DNA of 64,000 nt from Lama glama (taxonomy: Eukaryota). Under the pieces are notes generated by a model. The model saw nothing but the letters and a program-made list of their open reading frames with translations. It was not told where the DNA came from and searched no databases. Below, in pieces: positions 35,620 to 49,669 of this stretch (its first letter is position 1; each line of letters opens with the position of its first letter). The translations under genes were made by a program, and so were the position numbers. The stretch lies in the NCBI GenBank assembly GCA_028534125.1, contig CM052817.1, positions 50,966,001-51,030,000 on the forward strand. Direction: 5' to 3'.

Positions 35620-38575
35620 TATACACTGAATAACATTAACAGCAACTTAAACACTGCAGAAGTAAATATTGTGGAACCTTAATAGAAATAGAATTCATCC
35701 AATACTAAGAAAAGATTGAAAACAAAATTTTAAAAAGTAAAAAGAATACTAATAAGCTATGGTACAATATCAAGCTATCTAATATACATATAATTAGAGT
35801 CCTGAAAGAATAAAAGGGCAGGAAAAATATTTGAAGGAAAAATAATTATTTTAAAATTTGTTAAGAATTATAAACTTACATATCCAATAACCCACGCACA
35901 TATAAACCCCTCACAAGAAATTAAAAAAATAAAATTTAATCTAATTGCTCAAAACCAGTGATGATGAGACTGTCCTACAACCAGAGTAGAACACATTTTA
36001 CAAAGAGGGCAAAAATAAGGATAATAGCAGATTTTTTTTTTTTTGCCAGAAATGGTTAAGATGAGAGTGGAGCAATATTTCTCAAGTATAGAAAGAATAA
36101 TGTAAATACCTAAAAGTCTATCCCAGTAAAAATATGTTTAAAAATCATAGGTAATAGTTTTCAGTCATAAAAGCTGAAATAATTCACTACATAAGACACA
36201 TAAGAAATGTTAGAGAAGTTTCTCTAGGCAGAAGGAAAATTATATCAGATGGAAATATGAATCAACACAAAATAATGCATAGCACCAGAAATGTGAATTC
36301 CTGAGTAAGTACATACAATATATTCCTTCTTATATAAATCTCTTTAAAAGACAATCATTTAACAAAAAGAGTATCAATGTCGTGGATGGCTTATAATGTA
36401 TGTCCAAATAAAATATATAATGTCAATAGAAAAAAAGCTGGGATGGAAGATGTGGAACTATATTAATGTAAGGTTTTTATATTCTATATAAGGTGGTAGA
36501 AAAGAAATAGGTACCTTCCTCAACAAAATGATAACAAATCCAACCCAGCAATACATTAAAAGGATCATACATGCTGATGAAGTGAAATCTATCCCAGGGA
36601 TGCAAGGAATTTTCAATAGCGGCAAATCAATATGATACACCATCAAAACCATATGATAATCTTACTAGATGAAGAAAGAACTTTTGATAAAATTCAGAAT
36701 TCATTTATGATAAAAACTGTCTAGAAAGCAGGCACTGAGGTAGCATATTACAATATAATAAAGGCCATTTGTAACAGACCCACAGCGAACATCATACTCA
36801 GTGGTGAAAAGCTGAAACATTTTTTCTAAGATCACGAACAGGATTGGATGCCCACACTTGCCAATTTTATTCAACATAGTTTTGGGAAGTCCTAGCCACA
36901 GCAATCAGAGAAGAAAAATAAATAAAAGGAATCCAAATTGGAAAGGAAGGAGTAAAACTATCACTGTCTGCAGATGATGTGATACTATATATAGATGCCA
37001 ACAGAAAACCACTAGAGCCCATCAATGAATTCGGTAAAGTTGCAGGATACAGAATTAATACACAGAAATCAGTTGTATTTGTATACACTAACAACAAAAT
37101 ATCAGAAAGAAAATTTAAGGAAACAGTCCCATTTACCATCATAACAAAAAGCATAAAATTCCTAGGAATAAACCTACCTAAGGAGGCAAAGTATCTGCAT
37201 TATGAAAACTGTAAGACACTGATGAAGAAAACTGAATATGAAACAAACAGATGTAAAGATATACTGCACTCTTGTATTAGATATGATCTTTTTAATAAAT
37301 ATTTAATTATATATACATATGAAAATATAATAATTAATCTTGACTTACCACCTTACACTTTCCACAAAAATTAATTCCACATGGATTGTAAATCTAAGTT
37401 GGGCTTTAAATATATACATATATAGTTCATGACAACTGGGAAACATGAATTTCATAAAAGGACACAAAAAGCATTAATTAAAAGAAAAGGTTATTACATG
37501 GACTTCAATATCTGAACACAAAAAAATCTAGAAAGAGAGTAAATATGCATGTCTTAGAACAGTAGATATTTGCAATGCATTAAGCAAAGGATTCAAACAC
37601 ATACTATACAAGTAATTTCTAGAAAAACCAATAAAAACTGGGCAAGATAATTAAACACTTAGAATACCCTAATGGCCAATAAACTATAAAAATATATTAA
37701 ACATTTTAAACACAAATGAGATGTAAATTAGAACTATATGAACAGCAAAAAATAGAAACAAAACAAAAAACCCAAGACAAAATAAAAGACACTAGAATCA
37801 CTAACATAAAAAAGAAAATGAGTGTTAGTGAGTATAGGGAACAAGAACTCTTCTATTCTGCTACTGAAAGTGAAAGCTAATAATTACAGTAAAAAATGAC
37901 TTGATTTTGTTTAATAGAGTTGAATACATACATACCTTTGTCCTGGAAGCTTTATTCCTAGAATTGCATAAGTATGTGTTTATGTATGAATATGAATATA
38001 TATAAATGCACAGCAATGATTGTATTTATGTGCATGTATACAAATATAAATTTAAAATAGAATATATATGTACATATTTGACAAAATTCATTTACAGGAC
38101 ACTTCATTGTAGTGTCATTCATAATAGCCTCAAAGGGAATTCAGTCAAAATGTTAATTAATTGTAGAATGGATGAATATTTCTCATTATATTGTGCACTG
38201 AACACTAGGGAGCACTGAGAATGAAGGGACAACAAATGAAACCACAACATGTAGGAATCTAAAAATACAACATTGAAAAAGAACAGAAAAATAAATTCAT
38301 TACTCTCTTTTTAAATTTGTATCAAGGTCAATAACACACAGTATTAATTTCTGGTATTAGAAGTCAGGATTGAGGATGCTCCTTTGCTTTGAACAATGCA
38401 AAGACTAGACTGGAAGACAGCACAGTCCTGGCTTCTGTGCTGCTAATAATGTTGTTACCTGACTTTGTTTACTGGTTTTGTATGAGGTTACTAATTGTGA
38501 AAATTTATCTAAATATATTCTTATGATTTATGAACTTTCCAGTTTCAATATTATATTTCAAATAAAAATTAAGAA
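35620..38575 (+). mobile_element. Very old L1 (L1ME/MD-like): ORF1 and inter-ORF region 35620-36500, ORF2 end and 3' UTR 37330-38575
   Basis: A-rich decayed ORF1-like motifs (AATTAGAGTCCTGAAAG, GAAAAATATTTGAAG) and L1ME-type 3' UTR (TATTAGAAGTCAGGAT...TTGTGAAAATTTATC). Confidence 0.7.
36515..37280 (+). mobile_element. Younger L1 ORF2 RT-domain fragment lacking both ends
   Basis: ORF 36979 'INEFGKVAGYRINTQKSVVFVYTNN...KFLGINLPKEAK'. Degenerate SADD motif at about 36967-36978. Confidence 0.88.
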
Positions 38576-38589
38576 AATAATTACAATTT

Positions 38590-40420
38590 ATTAAACAAAG
38601 AAAAACACTTGTAATCCCTTCTCCAAAAATGACTACCTTTAAACATTTCACAGTATTTTTGTATTTTCTATTATGAAATATTTTTTCAAAAAACAAAAAT
38701 GGGATCATATTATTCGTTACATATCCTGAAAACTGGTGGTATCATTAAACAATACTATGAAAAATTGTTCACATGATAATAATGGTTTTATATTATTATT
38801 AAAACTTTCTTATTTTATAAATATTCTTCTCACTTTAATTTTTAAATGATAAGAGGGTAAAATTATCTCAAACTTTGCATTTATTTTTTTTTTCAAATTG
38901 TTTAGGATAAATTCCTGACAATGAAATTGCTGAGTACCATATCAGTATTAGCAAATTCTCCAACAGCTGATACCAATTTGCCTATGGCCAGCAATGCAGG
39001 AAAATGCCCATTTCCCCATAACAGTTACCTTCAAACCAGTTCCGTTAATATGAAATCTAAAAATAGCATAACAATTCTATTACATTCTCACCTTATGGTG
39101 GAAAACCAATTTTATTTTGTTCATGGTAATTTTTACATACAGAAGTTTTTATTATTTGCATGGCCACATCTATAATTACTCTCTTTTGTGTTTTGTACCA
39201 TTTGTGTCATATTTAGAGACATTTAAGTGCTTAAATTAACTAACACATAAATATTCAATGAATTATCCCTTGTAAGGAATTTATCATAGCTATTCTTGTT
39301 TATATTCTTTCAAATAAACCAGAATATTTGTTTTGACTGCTCAACAAGAGTAACAACAACAAAAGAATGGATTTCAGTTACATTAAATGTATACAATAAT
39401 TTGAGGAGAAATGATTTTTAATTGTGTATCTTTCCATTAGAGGCATGGAAAAAAATCACTGAATTTAGTCAAGATTTCTTTTATGTCACTGAATAAACTT
39501 TCACAGTTTTAGTGATGTGATATTTAATAGTTTTAGGAATAAAGGTTTGAACAGCTCACATATATTATATATTTGTTTTATATATTTGTGTAAAACATAA
39601 ATTATATATAAATTTTGTTATTTCTTCAGTGATGCTAATTAGAGGTATATGAAATCTTATTGTTTATATATTTATGTACACTGTATATTTACATATATTT
39701 GCATTTATATATTAATTTATGTATTTGTGTACATATTTACTTAAACTAATCCTTTACCTGACAGGCTCAGTGTAGAATATTACCATTTCTAAGACTATTT
39801 CTAGCTATTTGCGGGTTTCTCACTGTAAAAAAAAAATTAATTTTTCTGATGTATAGTTTTCCATTTCTAAAAATTTATGACTAATTTTTCCATAAAATTG
39901 GAAGAGACTGAAATAAGAATGTTTGCCAGATGCCATATTAAATAGAAACAACAGTGAATTTTGATGACCAGTGATATTTTGTTTTTATTTATTTAAAACT
40001 TTTAACAGCTTTTATTATGGGTTTCTTGAGTGTTACTAAAAAAGACTTCCTCGCCCTAAGTTTATATGTATATTTACAAATATATTTTTCCTATTTATTG
40101 TAAGATTTTTACATTGAATTTAAAAAATATATATGAAATATATTTTGTTACAGAAACGGAGGTAGGGATCATAATTTTTAATTTTAATTTATGGAAATAC
40201 TCTTCTTTCCTCACTAATTTGTAATGCTCCACTGTGGTGTGAGTGTGTGTATGTTTATATGTGTATGTATGTAATTATGTGTCTATAGACTCTATGGGAC
40301 TTTTTATTGTCTTCCATTTATCTTTCTGGCTATACTGTACCAGTATCACACTGTTTAATTACTGTAGATGTTCACAGTATTTAACATTTGATACTGTTAA
40401 TTTCTGTGCATTAGTCTTCA
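38590..40420 (-). mobile_element. Highly decayed antisense L1 fragments
   Basis: T-rich sequence with residual motifs (TAGGATAAATTCCT...AATTGCTGAGT; TACTGTACCAGTATCACACTGTTTAATTACTGTAG). Confidence 0.55.
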
Positions 40421-40639
40421 TTTAAAAACAGGATTTTTTTTAGCATTGGTATTGGGAAAGTGTTAGTTGACCTTGGAATTGGGAATCTTCTGCAACAATA
40501 TGGTGATGGCTGGCCTAAAACACATGGTTGCTTAAGGCAAAAGGGGTAGTGGTAACTGTTGCTTAAGGCAAAAGCTTAGAGAGGAATGTTTGAGACAAAC
40601 AAGCTTAACGTGAAATCAACATAGGAGCAAGCTAATAAT

Positions 40640-42100
40640 AAACATATGAAAATTGCTTACCTTCACCAGAATAAGATAAAACAATACTGAACTATTGTTT
40701 TTAACCTATCAGACTGACACAATTTCAAATGAATGGTAATATATGCAACAGCCAAGAATGTAGCTTTACTATCAAAAACAGACTTAAGTCACCCACTTGC
40801 TAACTTGATCTGCTGTTTAATCAATAGTTCAACACAAGATGTGACCCTTGAGTTCAGATGTATGTAATCACAAAATAACCAGTGACAGATTAACACAGAA
40901 GTTGTAAATGAGAGAGAAAAAAAAAACAAGAGAAGAAACACATACAAAAAATTTTGCGAATCTAAGCCTGCAAACTATTAAAAGAAACACATGAAGAAAT
41001 CTAACACCAAGACAGTCAACATAATCTATAATCAGAATGGAAATTCACTCCATATGAAAGTCATTTAATAGCTCTGACTAAGATTTTAAAACAAGATATA
41101 CTTTAAATGTTTGATTATATTTATGAAACAAAATTAAGCATAACTATCTTTAAAAAGAACATATTATGAATCAAAAATAATCAAAAATTAAAATAAGATA
41201 TCTATAAAATTGAACTGATAAACTTTAAAAATAGTGTAATAAAAAGACATAAATAGGAGAACAAAGAGAGAAAAATAAGCTGGAAGCTAGAAAAAGGACC
41301 ACACCTGTATCAGAACAGAAAGACAATGAGGAAAAAATAGGAAGCAACATTTGAAACATCAAGGATAAATCAAAAAGTCCCAATACTAATCTTACAGTTC
41401 CCGATAGAACAGAGGAATTACTGTGAATCCATATTTACAAAGATCATTACTGAGAAATTTAAAAAATAAGGAAAAACAGGAGAACTTAGATAATGTACAC
41501 TCCAAGTACAGGGTAAGTTAAATAAAAATAACACACACATATGTCAGTGATATTTCAAAATAACAAAGAAATAATCTTAAAACTACCGGAGGAGAAAACA
41601 AATTTTACAAGTGAACAGTTACTGTCAGCCTTCATCAACAAAAATAGCAGAAGGGAGGACAAAATATATTACCATCAAAATGTTAAATAAATGACTCTAA
41701 CCTATATTTAATATCTAGCCATGCTTTCATTTACAATTGAGCATACAAGAAATATGTTTTTATGTGTACAATAATGAGTATACAGTGTAATGGCTTCAGT
41801 AATAATAATAAACTACTAAAGAATTTATTTCAGCAGTAACAATGGTAGAAAGGGTAGGATAGAAACACTGCTCAGTGTAGAAGTTGATCTATTTTGTCAA
41901 TGAATTTGATTAATTGTTGAATATAAAGTAATATTATTCTGAATTGTGTTTGGAAATGCAGAACAATGATAAAATTATTGAGATGGACAGTGTGCAAGAA
42001 CTATTCTAAGGTTATGGTCTAAAAAGATAAATACATTTATTAGGAAAAATGTAGTTTAACATTTATTTTTTAAAAAGTAAATGTAGTAAAGGGTAATCAT
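40640..42100 (+). mobile_element. Highly decayed L1/HAL1-like sequence (ORF1-like)
   Basis: A-rich, with weak ORF1-like motifs (ACCTATATTTAATATCTAGCCATGCTTTCATT). Confidence 0.45.
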
Positions 42101-42224
42101 TTCAAAAAAACACAGGAAGCAAAAGACTTTTTCACTTTAGTCAGATAACATGATTTGTATGATGTTAACTTTTGAGAAATGTATTGAAAATGGCTTTATA
42201 TCCTGGTAATTCCACATATATGAA

Positions 42225-42242
42225 TTTCTTTCTTTCTTTCTT

Positions 42243-42273
<31 letters not shown>

Positions 42274-42300
42274 TTCTTATTTATTTATTTATTTATTTTT
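42225..42300. repeat. Compound (TTTC)n(TC)n(TTTA)n simple repeat
   Basis: Directly visible. Confidence 0.95.
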
Positions 42301-42338
42301 GCCTTATCATGCTTGGTATATAACATACTTCCTATATC

Positions 42339-43331
42339 TGAAAGGGAGCAGAACCCCCTGAGCACTCCCTGATACAAATCCTTTCAGTCCCTCATTTCTC
42401 TTTTGTAGGAAATAGGCTTCCTTCAGCCTCCTTGACCTTCCCTGAGTTCCAAAGGGCAAATTCAAACAGTTGCTAATCAGGAAAGGGAGGGAATGCAGAA
42501 AGAAGGGAGGAACAGTCAAGAGACTGTAGTGCAGCCCTGGGAAGGGTCTGGTTCCTCTTGAAGCAATATACATAATAATCACTTTAAGTTCTTCTGCAGA
42601 AACTAAGGCTCCTCAATCCATGCCTCTTGTTTATGGCTGAGCAGATGTTCAGAGATGGTTTTCTCGGGGAACACTGGGTCCACCAGATTGGGGCATTCTG
42701 ATTAAAAGCGATTTCCCTTTTTGTTACCAAGGCTATTGCCCCAGGATCATACTCCTGCCCCTCTCTCAACTAGAAACCCATTACTCTTATCTAAGTCGCA
42801 GGACGCAGTTACAATGAGAAGAAACAAGAACTGGTTAGAACTGATAAAGTCCAAGATGGTGGAGGGTATGACTTCCAGTGGACCTTGAGCCTCATTATAC
42901 ACTCATTGTAAAGCATTAGCCTGCTAAGTGACATACCCACAGCACCATGACAGTTGGCATGACAACAGCCAGAAAAGCCCATACAAGGACTGAAAAGCCA
43001 GTATAAGGGCTGATTGGCCTCACCACACCTGGAAGGAGGACATAATGGCAGAAGCCTCTCATAAAAGTCTACATGGCTCAGCCCAGGCCAGAACTATCTC
43101 TACCTGCCACCCTGGCTGACGGCTCCCCACTCAAGCGCTTCCTTTCCCCGTTCGAGTACTTTTCTTTCCTTCTCCCTGATCAAGCACCTTCCTTCTTTTT
43201 CCCCTTCTGAGAAATGAAGCTGCTGTTCCCTTTGACCCTTTGCCTCTGCTGAGTGAATTCCTTCACAGCTGGCAACTAGGACCCACACTTTGGTGGGCTT
43301 CCTAATTTAGGGGTCCTTCCATCCGCTAACG
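42339..43331 (+). mobile_element. Long (about 1 kb) ERV1-type solo LTR
   Basis: Sharp GC-richer island starting TGAAAGGG and ending GCTAACG (decayed CA). Near-TSD TATC (42335-38) / TAAC (43332-35). U5-like CTGCTGAGTGAATTCCTTCAC near the 3' end. Confidence 0.72.
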
Positions 43332-44209
43332 TAACTGTCAATTCATATATTTCAATATTTCTAGAAAATTTAGTCATTCTCAAAAGGTTGCCTCTACTAT
43401 ATCCTCTTGCCTTCTGAGATTAATTGGATGTGTCTTATACAGTCAGTTATTTATTTTTTGTGTCAATTTTTTTTCAAGCTTTCCATTTTCATTTCTCTTA
43501 TGCTGAATTATTTTCTGGTCTGTGTCTAATTTTCTCTTCAAATTTTATTTAAACATCCAATATGTATTTCATATGCTGTGTCACCCTAATATCTGATTTT
43601 CTGGCAGAAGTGTCTAAATTGGCTATTTTCAAGGAGAAAAAACACATTGTCTTATGATTGATGATGAGGGCAATGCTGATGATGATTAACAGAGCACCTA
43701 TTGATTAGATCTATTACCAGCTTAGTAAGCAATGCTATGAGACTTCTGAGATTCTAACTATTCATGAATAACTTCTAAATACTTTTTTTCCTTTGAGGTG
43801 CTTCATTGACTTCTGGGCACTGTTCTCTCTATGAAATAAGTATTTCTTTTTGTAAATGATTTTGCATCTTTTTTGTGCATTTTTGTCTTTCTTCATATAT
43901 CATTTTAAATTGCTCTTCATTGAGCTAAAAAAAGATCTATTTCAATTCAATATGGATAAAAAAAAACAAAGTACAGAAGTGAGTAACATCAGGCTATCAA
44001 CTGACTCTTTTAACTAAGAAAATCTGAAGCCAAATTTAAGAACAGGACTGACACAATTATCTTTATAATCCAGGTATGTTGCACACTAGTCAATCTGATT
44101 GCCACTTTGCTCGGCACCACCTCACAAAAGCATCACAGCTGAGATTCTGCTATGTAATTCACTTCCTCATGTCCCAGGCTAGCCATCCACCCACGGTGGA
44201 ATCTAATGC

Positions 44210-44240
<31 letters not shown>

Positions 44241-47200
44241 TGACAGCTGTGCATAGATTAGTGAGGTTTTAACTGAGAAGCAGTTGAACTTTCTTTGAAA
44301 TATTACAGTAAAGCAACCAAAATGATACCAACTTTTCAGGTTAATGGTAAAGTTGAGAACATGGAATATGTTACCAAACAAGAAAATGTACAAGAATATG
44401 ATTTTTATACAAGAATACAATATTCCACAAGTGTGTTTTAAGTTCTTCTCAGTGTCTCCTCTTTGCCAGCTTTCCTTAAAAATTAAAAGGCACCTCTTTC
44501 CTAACTGAAAGCTTTCTTGGAGCACTAGTATTAGAAAAAGATTACTCTGATGTCCCATGAAGTTGGGCCTCATTTCCAAGTAGCCTTAAAAATGGTTAGC
44601 TTTCTGTTATCAGTTGAATGGTATTCAGAAAGCCTTCCTTTAAATATATTTGAAATTCCAAGAGCTTCATCTTTTGAAATTTTACTGGTAAGGGTTTATG
44701 ACTTTCATATGTTATTAAAAATAAAAACCACTGAATGAAGATAAAAGCAATATGTGCATGAAAATCACACAAAGAATTCAATAGAAAGACCACTTAACAT
44801 ACAACTTAGAATTGTAACTTTACACTTAAGACTTTAGTGGGACATACTTTTTTTTTTTTAAATCAACTTCTTTCTTGTTTGGATGCTACCATCTTTGCTT
44901 CAGCAAGTAAAATTCCACATTACCATTTCTAATACAAAGACTTCCTAATGTTTGCCAATTTCTGGGACCTTTAGAACCTTCATTCTCATAAATTTCAGGC
45001 TAATTTACGTATTATCAAAGCAACCTGTTATTTCAATTTTTTTATGCTAACATTTTTAAGTAAAGGGCAAAAAAAAAATCTTAACATGAAAGATTCATAA
45101 GACACAGTATAATGCTACCTAGAAGTATAGCAGTGGAACTCAACAGGAGCCAATCTCAGCTCATCAGCACTACCACGAATGCAATGCTTCACCTTGTTTT
45201 ATGAGTACCGAGAGCCAGATGCTATAAAATTGCTGTGAGGGATTACCTACTAGGGACCCATGTAGACCATGCCAGGAGCAACACAGAGGTCTTTTCATAC
45301 TATTATCCATATAATAAGAATTCCACACAGCAGAGTTTGGAAATACAGGAAGTACTTTTTATATTATGTCCTAAGGAAGCATTTGCCCCAAATTCTAATA
45401 CTCAGTCTACCACACCATTCCCTAGAAATCTCATTCAGTATTGCCACACATGTTTGCAATAATAGTTGTGCTGGCCAATTTCTCAGCACCAAGAGCTCAA
45501 AAATCTATGTTGGCAAAGCAGGTAGCAACTATCCACGTGTGTGGGTGCTTGATTCCCGGCAGTTTACCTCACTTATGAATAGGACCTATAGCCAAGAATC
45601 CTAGCTTGCAAGTTCTCTCACCTCATTTAGAAACATTTATTTCATTTTAAAAGTCCCTCCAGTGTGCAGAAAAAGAAATCATAGTGAATTTTTAAGTAAG
45701 AACATGGTGCATGCTGCCACTTCCTTGGAGCAACCACACTCCCTACTTTGCTCTTTTTCTTCATTTTTTCAGAGTTGAAGCTGAGCTGCTCAGTTGATAG
45801 GAGTTTGCCATTTACATAAAAACAAACACTAGACTTCAATATAAACAGATACACCTTGGAAAGCTGTTTAACAGATATCAATAAGATTCTTTTTTTGTAT
45901 TTTTTCAAATACTGGGGATCATCTCATGAAACCAAATATGAAATACATACTCATATTTTTGGTTTAGAACCAGTGTCACGAATATCTTGTAGTGAACACT
46001 GTGATTTCTGTGTCTGTGTTACTCCTGTGCAGTGAAACAAAAAACAACCCTCCCTTTATTTTTTGATTTTATAATTTCTATTTGGCTCTGTCACGCTCTA
46101 ATTTTGTGTTGACGTGAAATAGAGAGCCACTTTTCACATTTAAAAGTACATTAACTGTGATCAAGTAGTTTTCACTAAAATAAATAATCTTTTAAATAAT
46201 GTTAGTTTCCTTTGATTACTACTATTCTAAACAATTTACCATAACACAAGCTGACTTCAAAATCTACTTCTGAACTCATTTTTTAAGAATGAACAATAAT
46301 AGGTCCTAAACAATAGAACTGTAAGAAATTAAAGGTTTTACTGAAAGAGTTATTTGGATGAGAAAATTATAGCTTCATATTAGCACATCTGCACCTTGAC
46401 AATCAAATGCATGAGTGCATTATAATTTCAATGAATTATGCAAAATGCTAATTAAAAAGTCAAATTTACTAATCATCTCTCAGGGTCATAACTGGAATTG
46501 AATTTGAGTAAGGACAAACAATTTCATGAAGTGCATTTTCATCATGTAGTTTTTAAAGCTGTTTAGAAATGCATACCAGAAAAACAATCCTTGTTTTTAG
46601 ATAGATGCTAATTGATTTCGTTGTGTTCAACGTATCAGAAATTATTGATCACTCCTTCATAAATTATGGCTACATACTATAGCTGTGAATTTCATAAAAT
46701 GGCGGTTATAAATATACACAATTATAATAAATGTAAGCTCTGTGTTTTAAATTAAAAACTGATTAAGCAGTGGAAACTTCCCATATAGTTTTCTACATCC
46801 AATATTTAACTTTCAAGCATAAAGCATATGAAATGTTTTTATAAATTTCCTATTTATGATATTTTCAATCCTTAGCTCTTTTAAAAATATTTCAAAAAAT
46901 TATTCATTATATTTACCTCTACACATTGTTTGGAGCATTTGAGTACTTTAGAACATGGTACTATAGTTACTGAGATAAATAGCTATATTCATGGCAGACA
47001 GATAGATGATGTTGGTGATATAGGTAGATTAGATAGAAAAAAATTATAATTTTTCACAATTGCATTTTGAAAATAATGTATACTTCTTTAATGTCTCTTC
47101 CAAACTTTAATTCAATATTTAGTCCTAAGTATTCTGCTTCCATGCAATTCCTCAATCATACTATTTTGTTTGTCAAACAACAACTATAAAAAGAAAGTAA

Positions 47201-48479
47201 ACATGAAGAGATTCTACACTTCTATTTCTCTATTTCTGTCTATACAAACTCTTTCCTACTTTGCAAGGGCAAGATGAAGTCCTACATCCTTTAGAATGGT
47301 TAGGAATGAAGATGTTCGAAAAAGTTTCACTCACTACAGGATGTACGTCTTCCACTGGACAAAGTGAATAAAATAAAAACAATATGGAGACAGTCTGCAA
47401 ATAGTTCCTTCAAAACGCTGAACCAATGACCACATATGAGAAAATATGAGTGTTGAATTAAATTCAGGTCACAAGATTTATTAAGTCCAAATTGGTTGTA
47501 GAACCTTGACGCTTCTCATCAAGTATCTGAAATTTACTATTAATTGTGAGATGCCTTCAGCAGCCAGTGTAAAATCATGTCTAGTGAATTCCTACTTTCA
47601 GGATTCATTTGGCAATACCTGTTTTGATTATTAAATTTAAGTGCTTATTACCTGCAATTCCATAAAATGTTTAATGTTCCAAGACAGGTATTTGTAGAGA
47701 TTCAAAACCTGTGTGTTGCAAGGACAAGGTAGATTTTGCCAGACATTTAATGCCACTGCTGGTCACTCAGGCTATAATTGGCTCTAATTAGCTCTCTCAT
47801 CCAGCTGTAACATTCTTTACCTGCAGCTGAGAGGCACGCAGGAGAGTGGAAAAACCTCTCCTATTGAGGATGTGAAAACATCAGCTAAATCCCTGCCAAT
47901 ATGATCATTATAAATGAACTGCAAACCCATTAGCTCTGATAGGAAATGGGTTGTGAGAAGTGAAATTTGATCCAAACTAGCCCCACAATAACAGTAATCA
48001 ATGTCCAATGAAAACACATTCCACTATGTGAACAAGGCCCACAACTAAAGGCTGTATTTAAAACAGTAGACTGGACAGGCTGGGTGAAAGTTCAACCTTC
48101 TCTGTTTATTCAGCTTACTTTCCACTTTACATGTAGACTTAAAGCTTTTGAGTTTCATGAATAAAATGCTCTTTCATAAATTTGGACTTCCAGGTTTATT
48201 CTAAAAACTTAGGGTGATAAGAGTGGAATGATCTCACTGCTCTATAATTTGTCCCTGTGGATAAAGAAATGATATGTATGGATTCATTCAGAATCCTATG
48301 CAAAAGTCTGAGAAAAATGTTCTCTCCAAAATCTGATTTAAAAGTATTTTCCTAATTTCTCAAGTGGTAACAACTTGAGGGTGATTCATATCCTGACGAA
48401 AGGCAAAGAAGAATGAAACTAGGGCTTAATTCAAAATGAAACAAAAATGGAAGAACATAATTTGTTATTTTTATTGGAT

Positions 48480-48680
48480 TATTATTTCTTATAAGAATTC
48501 TCATATTTCTGTATCATATATATTTTGTATTATTATATATTTATTATATATTCATATAAGATCTGTTATATTAGTATCTACTATAGTTATATATAATTAT
48601 ATTATATATTAAATTATATTAAGTGTAATATAATTATATATATTATATTAATATATACTAACTCATATAATTTTGTAATT
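48480..48680. repeat. AT-rich (TA/TTATA) low-complexity tract
   Basis: Directly visible. Confidence 0.85.
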
Positions 48681-49635
48681 CTTAAGACTTTATTTCTGGA
48701 TATATGTAATAGAAAGAATAAAACCTTATCACAATAATGCTAATATTGTATAACTAACACTGGAAGTGGAATGAAGTATGGAAATTAAAGTAGTAGCCAA
48801 TATAGTTATTTTGCATTCACAGCTGGATACATTGTTCTGTCTTCTGTGATTGTTTCTCCCATCTAGAAGTTCCTGTTGCTTCCATTTTAGAAGCTCCATG
48901 GTAGAACTCATTTATTTGATATCCCTATAAAAAATAGTTCTGAAATTATGACTGCCACAATCCAAAGGAATACAATTTAATAAAAACAAAGTAAAATAAA
49001 AATTTTCATCTCTCAATGAAAATTGAATTGCCAGTCTTTCCAAGTCTTTTAGTGTATATGCAGAAAGGTATCTAACAGCCCCAGAAACACAATAAATCTT
49101 AATTTTTGAAGGACACCTACTTGAGGAGCATAGAATGATCACGAAAAGAAGAAATCATTAAAAAGCAGCATATTCTGAGGGTTATATGGTTGAGAGGAGT
49201 AGGCAATAGCTACAGGTTGTGTAAAACCATTAGAATTTATAAAAACGGTGCAATTATGTTGGTCTCAAAGGAATATTGAGATTTCAACCTGAATAAGAGA
49301 AGGTATGTCAATTAAGATTGCTATGGTAGATGTTGATTAAGGAGTAATGCAAAACCAATTTTTCTGTAACAAAAGATTGGTGGAGGGCAAATACAAAATA
49401 TATGCCACCATCCAGTTATATTTTCTCTACAAGATTTTTCTGTGATTCTGTGAAATTACTTTATCTGGTAGAAATAGGATTCAGAAGAAAGTCCTAAAAT
49501 ACTTTTCAAATCTGATAGTCTTCATATCAGGTTTATCTTGATTAGTCATTTTTTTTCTCTTTTACGTTTTGTTGAAATGTGATACATAATATATACCTAC
49601 TTATATTTCTAGTCATACTTTTTTACTTATTCTGG

Positions 49636-49638
<3 letters not shown>

Positions 49639-49667
<29 letters not shown>
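49639..49667. repeat. (TG)n microsatellite
   Basis: Directly visible. Confidence 0.97.

Positions 49668-49669
<2 letters not shown>

Noticed and set aside
44133..44579. 148-aa minus-strand ORF, the longest outside repeats
   Set aside because: F/I/L-rich, runs through a (TA)n tract, has no recognisable domain or splice context; typical chance ORF in AT-rich DNA.
46083..46129. Hairpin TGGCTCT..TCACG / CGTGA..AGAGCCA as a pre-miRNA
   Set aside because: The stem is short and interrupted by a large bulge; insufficient for an ncRNA call.
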